This document shows, one piece after another, positions 1 through 17,275 of a DNA stretch of 32,000 bases (the stretch's first letter is position 1; each line of letters opens with the position of its first letter). The notes under the pieces are model-generated. The model did not search any database. It was not told the DNA's origin and was given only the letters and a program-made list of their open reading frames with translations. The DNA is taken from assembly GCF_000008385.1 (NCBI RefSeq), contig NC_006833.1:840001-872000 (forward strand), written 5' to 3'. A program made the position numbers and the translations under genes. This DNA comes from Wolbachia endosymbiont strain TRS of Brugia malayi. GTDB taxonomy: Bacteria; Pseudomonadota; Alphaproteobacteria; Rickettsiales; Anaplasmataceae.

Positions 1-453
1 GAATAGCAAGTAAATTGTCCTCTTCCAACCAATTAGCCCTACAATACCTGTTGACGTTGCTATTATGAATATGTAAAAAGGGCAGTTATTAATTAGTATA
101 TTTCCTATTATTCCACTGTGCATATACCTTGCAGTGATACCTAGTGAAAGTTGTGGTAACATAGCGCATATTCCTAAGTTGATTAATACTGAGTAGAGAA
201 CTTTCAGTAGCCTTTTTGATGGTCTGAAGATCAAAAAACAAATTATAGTAGTGGCTACTGTAATACTAGTTAATCCAAGAAATTGAACTAATATATCAGC
301 TAAATATGAACCTACTATTCCACCTAAATTCGTCACTTCTTTATCTGTGACTGTATTTAAGGATATATCTTTATAGCTATAGCTAAAAACTGATATATAT
401 ATATATATTAAAAGTGATAGGTATATTGCTGCTTTTAGATATTTTTTTAGCAT
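1..453 (-). CDS. ftsK: DNA translocase FtsK, N-terminal membrane part (partial, continues beyond window start)
   Basis: Hand translation from ATG at 453..451 stays open to base 1: MLKKYLKAAIYLSLLIYIYISVFSYSYKDISLNTVTDKEVTNLGGIVGSYLADILVQFLGLTSITVA... The NLGG-x-x-G-x-x-LAD-x-L-x-x-x-x-G motif and flanking TM helices match the FtsK N-terminus (E. coli: [21 protein letters not shown]). Not in the ORF track because it runs off the edge. Confidence 0.75.
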   Translation of the reverse strand, partial: MLKKYLKAAIYLSLLIYIYISVFSYSYKDISLNTVTDKEVTNLGGIVGSYLADILVQFLGLTSITVATTIICFLIFRPSKRLLKVLYSVLINLGICAMLPQLSLGITARYMHSGIIGNILINNCPFYIFIIATSTGIVGLIGWKRTIYLLF

Positions 454-732
454 CTACTTAAAGTAGTAAGTCATTGTATATTTTACAAAGTGAATTGCTA
501 TTAGCAATATCATTATAGATAAATCCAACCCGTTGAGTGGTCGTATATACCTTCTGATAACTTTTAGCGGTGGATAGGTGAGCCGGTTCAAAGTGTGCAT
601 TATGTTGCTTACAACTTCGTTATACATGTTTACCACATTAAGCTTGATTAGCCAATCCAGAATAATCCAACATATTAGAATGAAGCTATAAAGATCAAGT
701 AACATGTTGAGTAAGTATATGATTGGATGCAT
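454..732 (-). CDS. YggT family small membrane protein
   Basis: 92-aa ORF with two hydrophobic helices. The LLDLYSFILICWIILDWL ... YPPLKVIRRYIRP pattern is typical of YGGT-repeat proteins. Its stop codon abuts the ftsK start. Confidence 0.65.
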   Translation of the reverse strand: MHPIIYLLNMLLDLYSFILICWIILDWLIKLNVVNMYNEVVSNIMHTLNRLTYPPLKVIRRYIRPLNGLDLSIMILLIAIHFVKYTMTYYFK

Positions 733-947
733 GCGTATCTATTACATGAAAATTATATAAAAGATAAGTATTTAGGAGTTTTAAATCAATCCCCCTTTTC
801 AAATTCAAAATATTTTTATCCTAAGTTAAAAAATGTGCCGGGAAAGTGACTGTATAGAAATATATTTAAAACTTTGGCAGTAAGTCAAACAATCCTACCA
901 GCTTATTTTTTATTTACATATTATATTTTCAAACATCCCACAAATAA

Positions 948-1385
948 TTACCTATCATGCAGTTGGTCTATGGATATAATACTACCATTTGATGAGTTTT
1001 CAGTACATTTTTCACTTTTATATTCTTTGTCAAAATCGACATTGATTTTGTCAAATATTAAAACATCCCCTGAAATTTTATCATGAAATTCACTAATAGC
1101 AAAAAACGGCACGGTGATTTGCTCTTGTTTTCCATGAAAACTTAAACTAACACTAAATTTATCCTCAAAAACTTCCAAACCATAAAATTGATGCTGTAAT
1201 ATAATAAGCATTTGAGTAGGATATGACTTTCTTAAGTAATCTGATATGACAACATCATTAAAATACGTGAAAAATAATATTTCTAAGTTAGGAGTGAAGC
1301 TATTACCTGATATAACATCTAAAGCCTTTTTGATAACTTGAAACTTGGCAGAATTGAGTAATTTTTTGTAACCTATCTTATCCAT
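948..1385 (-). CDS. sspB: SspB-type ClpXP adaptor (alphaproteobacterial SspB family)
   Basis: ...YPTQMLIILQHQFYGLEVFEDKFSVSLSFHGKQEQITVPFFAISEFHDK... matches the alphaproteobacterial SspB core as I recall it (YP-EMTIVLQHQ-W-L-V----F-V-L-F-G-----L-VP--A---F-D). The ORF track starts at GTG 1400. I prefer ATG at 1385 (MDKIGYKKL...) because 1400 almost touches the tmRNA 3' end. Confidence 0.7.
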   Translation of the reverse strand: MDKIGYKKLLNSAKFQVIKKALDVISGNSFTPNLEILFFTYFNDVVISDYLRKSYPTQMLIILQHQFYGLEVFEDKFSVSLSFHGKQEQITVPFFAISEFHDKISGDVLIFDKINVDFDKEYKSEKCTENSSNGSIISIDQLHDR

Positions 1386-1404
1386 ATAAGTTTTAAACAC
1401 GTGA

Positions 1405-1670
1405 ATTCTGGGGGGAACTTCTGTTACCCGGCGTTCCCTAAGCCGTGCTTATAGTAATGAAGTTATAGTGCTTAAATTAAGCAGCTACCGCAACATCACC
1501 TTCAGCAGCAAAATTATCGTTTGCGTTTAAACTATGAACTCTTAGCGGTGGTATCTAACCGAGCAAAGTTACCATCTTTACTATGCATGTCGATTCTTAT
1601 TCGCCCCCATGTAAATTAAAAACATGGTGGAGGCGCCGAGTACTGCCCTCGGGTCCAATACACCTATTAC
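1405..1670 (-). ncRNA. ssrA: tmRNA (ssrA), circularly permuted two-piece alphaproteobacterial type; outer boundaries approximate
   Basis: The minus strand reads ...GGACCCGAGGGCAGUACUCGGCGCCUCCACCA, ending at 1625. This is a T-arm-like hairpin (CCGAG/CUCGG) plus the 3' acceptor strand and CCA. A 16-nt spacer follows, then GGGGGCGAAUAAGAAUCGAC starting at 1608 (5' acceptor strand, pairing with CGCCUCC and giving a G3:U pair). The tag ORF at 1524..1477 reads GCA AAC GAT AAT TTT GCT GCT GAA GGT GAT GTT GCG GTA GCT GCT TAA = ANDNFAAEGDVAVAA*. Acceptor piece before coding piece is the permuted gene order known for alphaproteobacteria. Confidence 0.85.
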
Positions 1671-2028
1671 AAGGTAATTTTATTGCCATAGTGTATAAAA
1701 TACACATAGTTATTGTATAGTAATATTTAATAAATGTCAAGATATTTTACTTTAAGTTAATCAATAGCTAAAATAAAATTAAGATTTCCAGAAAAAAATT
1801 ACTTCTCCTGCTACCGATGTGATCATAATTGCAGTAGAGATATTTAGACAGCTAGAAATCTATCTTCGTCCGCAGATCTTTTTCATCTACACCTAAAGTA
1901 ACTTAGATCTACCAATAATTTGATAAATCGTTGCCCCGTTACTTGTGAGCGGAATCTATGCTAAGCCACGCCAATGTTCACACAGTCATAAACAGTATGC
2001 CCGTTTTTGTTAGCTATATTTAATTTGG

Positions 2029-10557
<8,529 letters not shown>

Positions 10558-10615
10558 TCAAATTAACTAAAAGGGGCTATATTAATATAAAATTAATATA
10601 TTAAATATAAACATC

Positions 10616-11026
<411 letters not shown>

Positions 11027-11042
11027 TTACTTGACAATAAAT

Positions 11043-11561
11043 TTATTTTTTAGAACTATAATAACCCAATACTCCCATAAGCCTAATAGAGGGTGAATTA
11101 ATAGACAACGCTAACCTGGCAGGGATATTATAAGATATTAAACGCATAATTTTAATACGCAACTCATCCAGAGAAGGCAACTTAGCTAGTTTATTAACAT
11201 CCTCCACTGTAAGCAATTGGTTTAAGTGAGCTGCGCAAATCACAGACATCTTTTCTTTATTAGAATTAGTGAAATCAACTATTAGCTTTGCAGCTTCTAC
11301 TATACCACTGGAGTATATAACAGCAACGGGACCAGAAAATCTATCTAATAAATAAGAAAATCTACCAGCTCTTTCTAAAGCTAAGCGGGCTAGAGTATTT
11401 TTAACTACTAGCATTCCACTCGCTGCAGACTTTAAGCTATCCCTAAGGATTAATGAATCGCTAGCATTTATAGATTTAAAATTTATCAGTATCAAAAAAT
11501 CATTATTTACAAACACGTTTATTATATTTTGTATAAACTCATCCTTATTCTCACGCTTCAC
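11043..11561 (-). CDS. rplJ: 50S ribosomal protein L10
   Basis: 172 aa, in the conserved slot between rplA and rplL. Shows the L10-like LR..L......MLVVKNTLARLAL pattern. Confidence 0.88.
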   Translation of the reverse strand: MKRENKDEFIQNIINVFVNNDFLILINFKSINASDSLILRDSLKSAASGMLVVKNTLARLALERAGRFSYLLDRFSGPVAVIYSSGIVEAAKLIVDFTNSNKEKMSVICAAHLNQLLTVEDVNKLAKLPSLDELRIKIMRLISYNIPARLALSINSPSIRLMGVLGYYSSKK

Positions 11562-11572
11562 GGTATTACTCC

Positions 11573-12226
11573 CTAAATTATATCTTCCACTTTACTCATT
11601 TTATAAGCCTTACCCATAGTTGAATTTAAAAAAACGCTCTTAAAGTATACTCCTTTTACAGAAATGGGTTTGTTACTTTTAATTACTTTAAGAAAGGCTT
11701 TTAAATTTTTCAGCAAATCATCAACGCTAAACTTAATATTCCCTAATTTGCCGTGAATAATACCGTTTTTATCTGTCCTAAATTTTATTTGACCAGACTT
11801 GATGGTTTTAATAGCTTCTGCAACGTTGGAAGTCATGGTACCAAATTTAGGATTAGGCATTAACCCTTTAGCACCCAATATTTTTGCAATAGGAGTGATT
11901 TTTGCTATGAAATCAGGAGTAGTGATACACCAATCAACATCCAATTTTTTACCCTTTTTTATCTCTTGAACTAAATCTTCTCCCCCTACAATATTAGCAC
12001 CAGCTTTTTCAGCTTCTAGTAAATGTTTGCCTTGAGTGAAGACAGCTACTTTAATATCTTTCCCAATACCTTTAGGTAAAACTACTGTACCACGCACTTG
12101 TTCTTCAGATTTACGCGAATCTATACCTAAATTAACTGCAATGTCAATTGATTCATTAAACTTTGCTGAAGCAGACTTGATAATCTCTTCTAAACATTGC
12201 CTGGGACTGTCGCTATGTATATTCAT
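11573..12226 (-). CDS. rplA: 50S ribosomal protein L1
   Basis: 217 aa. [35 protein letters not shown] and ...[10 protein letters not shown]... are classic L1 motifs. Confidence 0.93.
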
Positions 12227-12230
12227 GCTT

Positions 12231-12671
12231 CTAACCTTCTATAACTTCTATACCCATAGATTTAGCAGTGCCTATAACCATTTTCACTGCTGAATCTTCA
12301 TTATCCACTTTCATGTCAACCATCTTATATCTTGCTATCTTAATTATAGCAGACATAGGCAATTTAGCTACCAATTCTTTACCAGGGTTGCTAGAACTTT
12401 TGCTCAATTTAGCTTCTTGCTTAAGCAAGTAAGCCACAGGTGGGCCACTGACAGTAAAATCGTGAGAGCGGTCATCCTTTATGGAAATCCGCACCGTTAC
12501 TAAATCACCCACTTTATAATTGGCATTAGCTGTGCTAGTCACTTTGTTGAAAGCCTCGCAGAATTTAGGAACAGGTATGCCGCGCGGACCAAGTACTGAA
12601 GCAATCTTTGGCCCAGGAACTGCCTTTCCCGCTTCCATCAGTAAATTAATCTTGGCAATTACAACACTCAT
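12231..12671 (-). CDS. rplK: 50S ribosomal protein L11
   Basis: 146 aa. [35 protein letters not shown] is the L11 N-terminal domain signature. Confidence 0.95.
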
Positions 12672-12673
12672 AA

Positions 12674-13510
12674 TTAATCCTCTATTTTCTCTACTTGAGC
12701 TAGATCAAGCTCTATTATTGTTGGCTTCCCTAGAATTGACACTTCTATATTAATAATTTTCTTTTCATCATTAATCATATCTACCTTACCAGTAAAATTC
12801 TGAAAAAGACCATCATTAATTTTTACCTTTTCACCTTTTTCATAACCATGGCTTAATTTTTTCGTTTCTTGAGCATTGTAAAGCGCATTGCACATTGAGT
12901 AAATCTCGTCATCTGAAATCACTTTTGGAACACTACCATTTTTTAAGAACCCATAGACTTTAAGAGACTTTGGTATATTATTCACAAAATTTAGTACTTC
13001 ATCACACAAATCCACATATAAAAAAACATAACCAGGAAAACACTTTCTTCGCATAGCAGCTTTTTTAGATCTTAGTTCCACTTCACTTAGTTCCTCATAT
13101 GGAATGAAAACTTCCTTAAAATAATCATTAACCCCTAATCTCATAGAATTTTCCAGTACGTGTTGACACACTTTTTCTTCATAATTGGAAGCAACCCTTA
13201 AAATATACCATTTATATTTATTGAATTCCTTGCGCTTTAAATTCACCTCTTCATCTAAAACTATTTTAAAATTACTGGAATCACCACTGTGAAATCCAAG
13301 CGTTTTGCTTAAAATATCTCTACTCTCATCACATAGATACATACATACATACACTTCACATACTTCTTTTATATCAGACTTCGAGTTACATACTGTCTGA
13401 TAAGGAATAAATACCTCCTTAAAATAGACAGCATTGCTTACTAATTCAAGTATATTCCTCTCGTGCCCATAATTAACTTTAATGATGTACCATTTATGTT
13501 CATATGCCAT
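12674..13510 (-). CDS. nusG: Transcription termination/antitermination factor NusG with an extra N-terminal truncated NGN-like module
   Basis: The canonical part is KWYILRV...YFKEVFIPY...FPGYVFLYV (NGN) plus GEKVKINDGLFQNFTGKVDMI (KOW). The ORF extends upstream with a second KWYIIKV...YFKEVFIPY module. I start it at ATG 13510 (MAYEHKWY) rather than the track start 13540. A canonical-length 190-aa product could alternatively initiate at GTG 13246. Confidence 0.85.
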   Translation of the reverse strand: MAYEHKWYIIKVNYGHERNILELVSNAVYFKEVFIPYQTVCNSKSDIKEVCEVYVCMYLCDESRDILSKTLGFHSGDSSNFKIVLDEEVNLKRKEFNKYKWYILRVASNYEEKVCQHVLENSMRLGVNDYFKEVFIPYEELSEVELRSKKAAMRRKCFPGYVFLYVDLCDEVLNFVNNIPKSLKVYGFLKNGSVPKVISDDEIYSMCNALYNAQETKKLSHGYEKGEKVKINDGLFQNFTGKVDMINDEKKIINIEVSILGKPTIIELDLAQVEKIED

Positions 13511-13709
13511 AGACAATTCCAAATAAAGTCTTAATCGCATAAAGAGACATAAAATCTACAAAGCAAAAGAAAACCGAAAAGCATAATATAACAATTGCTA
13601 CAACAAATAGAGATGACAACACTTCTTGCTTCCTCACCCAAGCAATTCTTCGTATTTCCTGCTTTATGTTACAAAAAAAGACACTCAAATTTTTTAACAT
13701 TTCTACCAC
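13500..13709 (-). CDS. secE: Preprotein translocase subunit SecE
   Basis: 69 aa with one C-terminal TM helix. It shows a basic IKQEIRRIAWVRKQEV motif (SecE: E-x-K-V-x-W-P-x-x-x-E) and sits in the conserved tRNA-Trp/secE/nusG position. Confidence 0.8.
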   Translation of the reverse strand: MVEMLKNLSVFFCNIKQEIRRIAWVRKQEVLSSLFVVAIVILCFSVFFCFVDFMSLYAIKTLFGIVYGI

Positions 13710-13719
13710 AATATTAATG

Positions 13720-13792
13720 CAGGAGTGATAGGAATTGAACCTACAACCTCTGGTTTTGGAGACCAGCGCTCTACCAATTGAGCTACACTCCT
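13720..13792 (-). tRNA. tRNA-Trp (anticodon CCA)
   Basis: The reverse complement AGGAGTGTAGCTCAATTGGTAGAGCGCTGGTCTCCAAAACCAGAGGTTGTAGGTTCAATTCCTATCACTCCTG folds as a cloverleaf. Anticodon loop is CTCCAAA. No encoded CCA tail. Confidence 0.95.
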
Positions 13793-13807
13793 ATGACTCA
13801 AACTCTT

Positions 13808-14980
13808 TTACTCCAAAATTTCAGAAACAACACCAGAACCAACAGTTCTACCTCCTTCTCTTATTGCAAAGCGCAATCCCTTATCCATCGCTATCGGTAC
13901 TTGCAATTCTACCTCTATACTTACATTATCTCCAGGCATTACCATCTCTTTCCCTTCTAGCAATTTTATACTTCCCGTCACATCTGTCGTCCTTAAATAA
14001 AATTGTGGCTGATAATTCGCAAAAAATGGTGTATGCCTTCCTCCCTCTTCTTTCTTTAATATGTAAACTTCTGCCTTGAACTTCCTGTGCGGCGTTATTG
14101 TTCCTGGTTTTGCTAATACTTGTCCCCTCTCTACTTCTTCCCTCTTCGTCCCTCTTAGCAATATCCCCACATTTAACCCTGCACTTCCTTTTTCTAGCAA
14201 TTTCTTAAACATTTCCACACCAGTGCATGTTGTCTTCTGTGTAGCTTTCAGACCTATTATCTCTATCTCATCACCTATCTTTATCTCCCCTTTTTCTATT
14301 CTTCCTGTTACTACCGTTCCACGTCCCGATATCGAAAATACATCTTCAATCGGCAATAGGAACGGTAAATCTACAGATCTTGGTGGCACTTCTACATAGT
14401 CATCCAACCTCTCCATCAATTTGTCTATTGACTTCTTCCCATATTCACCGTCATCATCCTCCAGCGCTTTCAATGCAGATCCAATTACCACTGGAACTTC
14501 ATCACCTGGAAACCCATATTTACTCAGCAATTCTCTCACTTCCATTTCTACCAAACCTATCATATCAGGATCGGATACATCAGCTTTATTTATATATACT
14601 ACAATATACCCAACACCAACTTGCTTCGCGAGTAATATGTGCTCTCTCGTCTGCGGCATAGGTCCATCAACTCCCGATACTACCAATATCGCCGCATCCA
14701 TCTGCGCTGCACCTACTATCATGTTCTTCACATAGTCAGCGTGCCCAGGACAATCAACATGTGCATAATGTCTCTTCTCCGTTTGATATTCAACATGTGC
14801 TGTTGCAATCGTTATTCCTCTTTTCCTCTCTTCTGGTGCCTTATCTATTTGATCATACGCTACAAAATTTCCATAATGCTTTGTTATTGCTGCTGTCAAT
14901 GTTGTCTTCCCATGGTCCACATGTCCTATCGTTCCTACATTGACATGCGGCTTCCCAAATGCTTCCACTACTTGTACCAT
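13808..14980 (-). CDS. tuf: Elongation factor Tu
   Basis: 390 aa. [31 protein letters not shown] and NKAD G-motifs are present, with full-length EF-Tu similarity. Confidence 0.97.
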   Translation of the reverse strand: MVQVVEAFGKPHVNVGTIGHVDHGKTTLTAAITKHYGNFVAYDQIDKAPEERKRGITIATAHVEYQTEKRHYAHVDCPGHADYVKNMIVGAAQMDAAILVVSGVDGPMPQTREHILLAKQVGVGYIVVYINKADVSDPDMIGLVEMEVRELLSKYGFPGDEVPVVIGSALKALEDDDGEYGKKSIDKLMERLDDYVEVPPRSVDLPFLLPIEDVFSISGRGTVVTGRIEKGEIKIGDEIEIIGLKATQKTTCTGVEMFKKLLEKGSAGLNVGILLRGTKREEVERGQVLAKPGTITPHRKFKAEVYILKKEEGGRHTPFFANYQPQFYLRTTDVTGSIKLLEGKEMVMPGDNVSIEVELQVPIAMDKGLRFAIREGGRTVGSGVVSEILE

Positions 14981-15058
14981 AATTAAAACTTTTCTACCTA
15001 AAATACAAATACATCAATAAATAATATATTGATTTTATAAAAATACAAAAAAAAAAAG

Positions 15059-15130
15059 AGCGGATAGTGGGGTTCGAACCCACTCCACTAGCTTGGAAGG
15101 CTAGAGCTCTACCAATTAAGCTATACCCGC
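15059..15130 (-). tRNA. tRNA-Gly (anticodon UCC)
   Basis: The reverse complement GCGGGTATAGCTTAATTGGTAGAGCTCTAGCCTTCCAAGCTAGTGGAGTGGGTTCGAACCCCACTATCCGCT folds as a cloverleaf. Anticodon loop is CTTCCAA. Confidence 0.95.
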
Positions 15131-15134
15131 ACAA

Positions 15135-15216
15135 TGGAGGAGGTAGGATTCGAACCTACGTACGCAACGCGGACAGATTTACAGTCTGTTACCTTTAACC
15201 ACTCGGTCACTCCTCC
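15135..15216 (-). tRNA. tRNA-Tyr (anticodon GUA), long variable arm
   Basis: The reverse complement GGAGGAGTGACCGAGTGGTTAAAGGTAACAGACTGTAAATCTGTCCGCGTTGCGTACGTAGGTTCGAATCCTACCTCCTCCA folds as a cloverleaf. Anticodon loop is CTGTAAA. Confidence 0.95.
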
Positions 15217-15289
15217 AAAAGAATTTGTTAAGAGAGCACTATTCCAGTATTCTAACTTAAGCTTTTATTGCACTTAATATTAAATACCT

Positions 15290-15324
15290 AAAACCAAAAA
15301 ATCAAGCAATAAAACCTTGCCTGA
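15290..15324 (-). terminator. Candidate intrinsic terminator downstream of carA
   Basis: The minus strand reads UCAGGCAA-GGUUUUA-UUGCUUGA (8-bp stem with one G:U pair, 7-nt loop) followed by UUUUUUGGUUUU. It begins 7 nt after the carA stop. Confidence 0.4.
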
Positions 15325-15330
15325 TTACAA

Positions 15331-16482
15331 TCACGCAGATTTCACTTTATATAACGCAATATTGTCAATAAAACGCCTAAATAAGTAATGTGAATCGTGC
15401 GTACCTGGCGCTTCCTCTGGATGGTACTGTACAGAAAAAACTGGGTAATCCTTTGCCATTATTCCCTCTATACTATTATCGAACATAGAAATATGAGTAA
15501 CCTCAACGTTATTTGGTAGAGATGATGGATCAAAAACAAAGCCATGATTTTGGCTAGTGATCTCAACTTTATCGCTACTTACGTTATAAACCGGATGATT
15601 ACTTCCTCGGTGACCAACGTTCATCTTGATAGTTTTTGCCCCCAAAGTAATCGCTAGTAATTGATGACCCATGCATATGCCAAGAATTGGTATTTTAGAT
15701 TTTACAATAACATCTATCTCTGGAGTCACACTCTTTCCTATTTCTTGCGGATCGCCTGGACCATTCGAGAGCACTATACCATCTGGACACATACTTAATA
15801 TTTTCTGAGCAAAACCTCTATCTGGCTTAATTAACTCAATTGCACAATCAAGTTCTATTAAGCGTGAAACTATACTAGCCTTTATACCAAAATCAACCAC
15901 CGCAACTTTATATTTTGCATTAAGGTCACTTTTAAAATTGTTATTTAAACTGACCCTATCGGTTATTTCTATTCCATTTACAGGTTTATGTTTCTTTAAT
16001 TCATCTAATAGACCTTTTATCACCAAAATAGCTTGATCATCATAGGTACAAGTGTTACAAACCGTGGTGACATTAGAGTGGATTAATGGGCATATTATTC
16101 CGTTTTGAGGTCCATGTTTTCTCAAATGCCTAGTCAAGGCTCTAGTGTCAACTCCTGATATTCCAACCAAGTTACTTTTTTCTAACCAATCGCTTAAACT
16201 CACATATGAAGAAGGATGAGACGCAGGAGAAAGTTCGCGCATAATTACACCACTTGCAAAAATTTTCTTTCCTTCATTATCTTTATCGTTTATTCCAACA
16301 TTGCCAACATGAGGAAAAGTAAACATTATGATTTGATCAGCAAAAGAAGGATCAGTTATAGTATGCTGATAACCAGTAATACCAGTAGTAAAACAGATCT
16401 CACCTATGCATTTGCCTTTCTTACCTATCGACTTTCCCAAAAAGCACTTGCCATCTTGTAAAACTAGAACTGTGTCTTGCAC
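15331..16482 (-). CDS. carA: Carbamoyl-phosphate synthase small (glutamine amidotransferase) subunit
   Basis: 383 aa with a GTG start. N-terminal LVLQDGKCFLGKSIG...GEICFTTGITGYQHTITDPSF and C-terminal GATase motifs (ILGICMGHQLL, VQYHPE). Confidence 0.93.
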   Translation of the reverse strand: MQDTVLVLQDGKCFLGKSIGKKGKCIGEICFTTGITGYQHTITDPSFADQIIMFTFPHVGNVGINDKDNEGKKIFASGVIMRELSPASHPSSYVSLSDWLEKSNLVGISGVDTRALTRHLRKHGPQNGIICPLIHSNVTTVCNTCTYDDQAILVIKGLLDELKKHKPVNGIEITDRVSLNNNFKSDLNAKYKVAVVDFGIKASIVSRLIELDCAIELIKPDRGFAQKILSMCPDGIVLSNGPGDPQEIGKSVTPEIDVIVKSKIPILGICMGHQLLAITLGAKTIKMNVGHRGSNHPVYNVSSDKVEITSQNHGFVFDPSSLPNNVEVTHISMFDNSIEGIMAKDYPVFSVQYHPEEAPGTHDSHYLFRRFIDNIALYKVKSA

Positions 16483-16684
16483 TCAATTCTCTCTAACTGA
16501 TTTAAAACAATATATAGGAATTTCAAATAATATATAATTCTTTCTAAAATTTTAAACTTAGCCATATAAATTATATAGAGAATAACAGAAAAAAAATTTT
16601 ATACACCCTTTTAAATATATCATTGACTGCTTTCACATTTCGTATTAAACATAAATAAATTATCAAGTAAAGTGGAGGGTTACA

Positions 16685-17191
16685 ATGTTTGTTAATGGAG
16701 GACAACTTAAAAAAATAAATCAGAAGTGGCTAATTATAGGAACTGGCTTGCTATTGTTTATGATGATGTTACCCTCAATTATTCTTCTAGCAAAAATGAC
16801 TATAGGGCTAGTCATGGTCTTAGTTGTAGCAATAGCGATAAAAATTGCCTCAAAAACAATATCGAATGTTTTAGAGGATAAACAGGCAGATCCAAACCAA
16901 CTAACATCACAAACAACACAAAGCAGGATTATAAACCTAGCCGTTGGATTAGTATCTATATTTACAGGTGGGCTATCACTGCTTATCATAGCAAAAACTG
17001 GTATAGCTGTAATATGTGCAGCTGTAGTTACTTTAGCCATATATGAGTATGCTAAGGATTATAAGTATGCTGAAGATAAAGAAATAGGTAAAAGCATAAA
17101 CGACAAACTCGATGAAATAGCTAAAAATACAACTAATTTTATTGTTAGTGGCATCGAAAAACTTGTTTCACCACAAGAACAACAGGTATAG
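16685..17191 (+). CDS. Hypothetical integral membrane protein, four predicted TM helices arranged as two repeated hairpins
   Basis: 168-aa ORF with a strong Shine-Dalgarno site (GGAGGG, 6 nt upstream of the ATG). Two TM pairs are separated by a polar Q/T-rich loop, followed by an amphipathic acidic tail. I recognise no family. Confidence 0.55.
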   Translation: MFVNGGQLKKINQKWLIIGTGLLLFMMMLPSIILLAKMTIGLVMVLVVAIAIKIASKTISNVLEDKQADPNQLTSQTTQSRIINLAVGLVSIFTGGLSLLIIAKTGIAVICAAVVTLAIYEYAKDYKYAEDKEIGKSINDKLDEIAKNTTNFIVSGIEKLVSPQEQQV

Positions 17192-17275
17192 CTTATCTTT
17201 ATGTTTATTTTGTGTATGTTAATTAAGTAGGCTGCATTGTCTGCTTGTGTTTTTTTACCACAGCTATGCAAGGCT

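Noticed and set aside
874-1086. 70-aa plus-strand ORF overlapping the 3' end of sspB
   Set aside because: It is antisense to the SspB-like CDS, has no motif, and its start lies in spacer with no ribosome-binding site.
13511-13540. Ten extra N-terminal codons of the nusG track ORF (MRLRLYLELS)
   Set aside because: They would deepen the overlap with secE. The next ATG (13510) begins directly at the KWY-type NGN start.
13735-14986. Seven plus-strand ORFs overlapping tRNA-Trp and tuf (for example 13735..14079, 14076..14399, 14421..14735, 14639..14986)
   Set aside because: They are antisense to EF-Tu. Long antisense ORFs are expected here because tuf is relatively GC-balanced and depleted of the complements of stop codons. 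Their peptides are Ser/Pro/Leu-rich nonsense.
15047-15057. A11 run (T11 on the minus strand) immediately 3' of tRNA-Gly and upstream of tuf
   Set aside because: It might act with the tRNA acceptor stem as a terminator, but homopolymers are common in this AT-rich genome and tRNA-tuf co-transcription is the usual arrangement. The sequence gives no way to decide.
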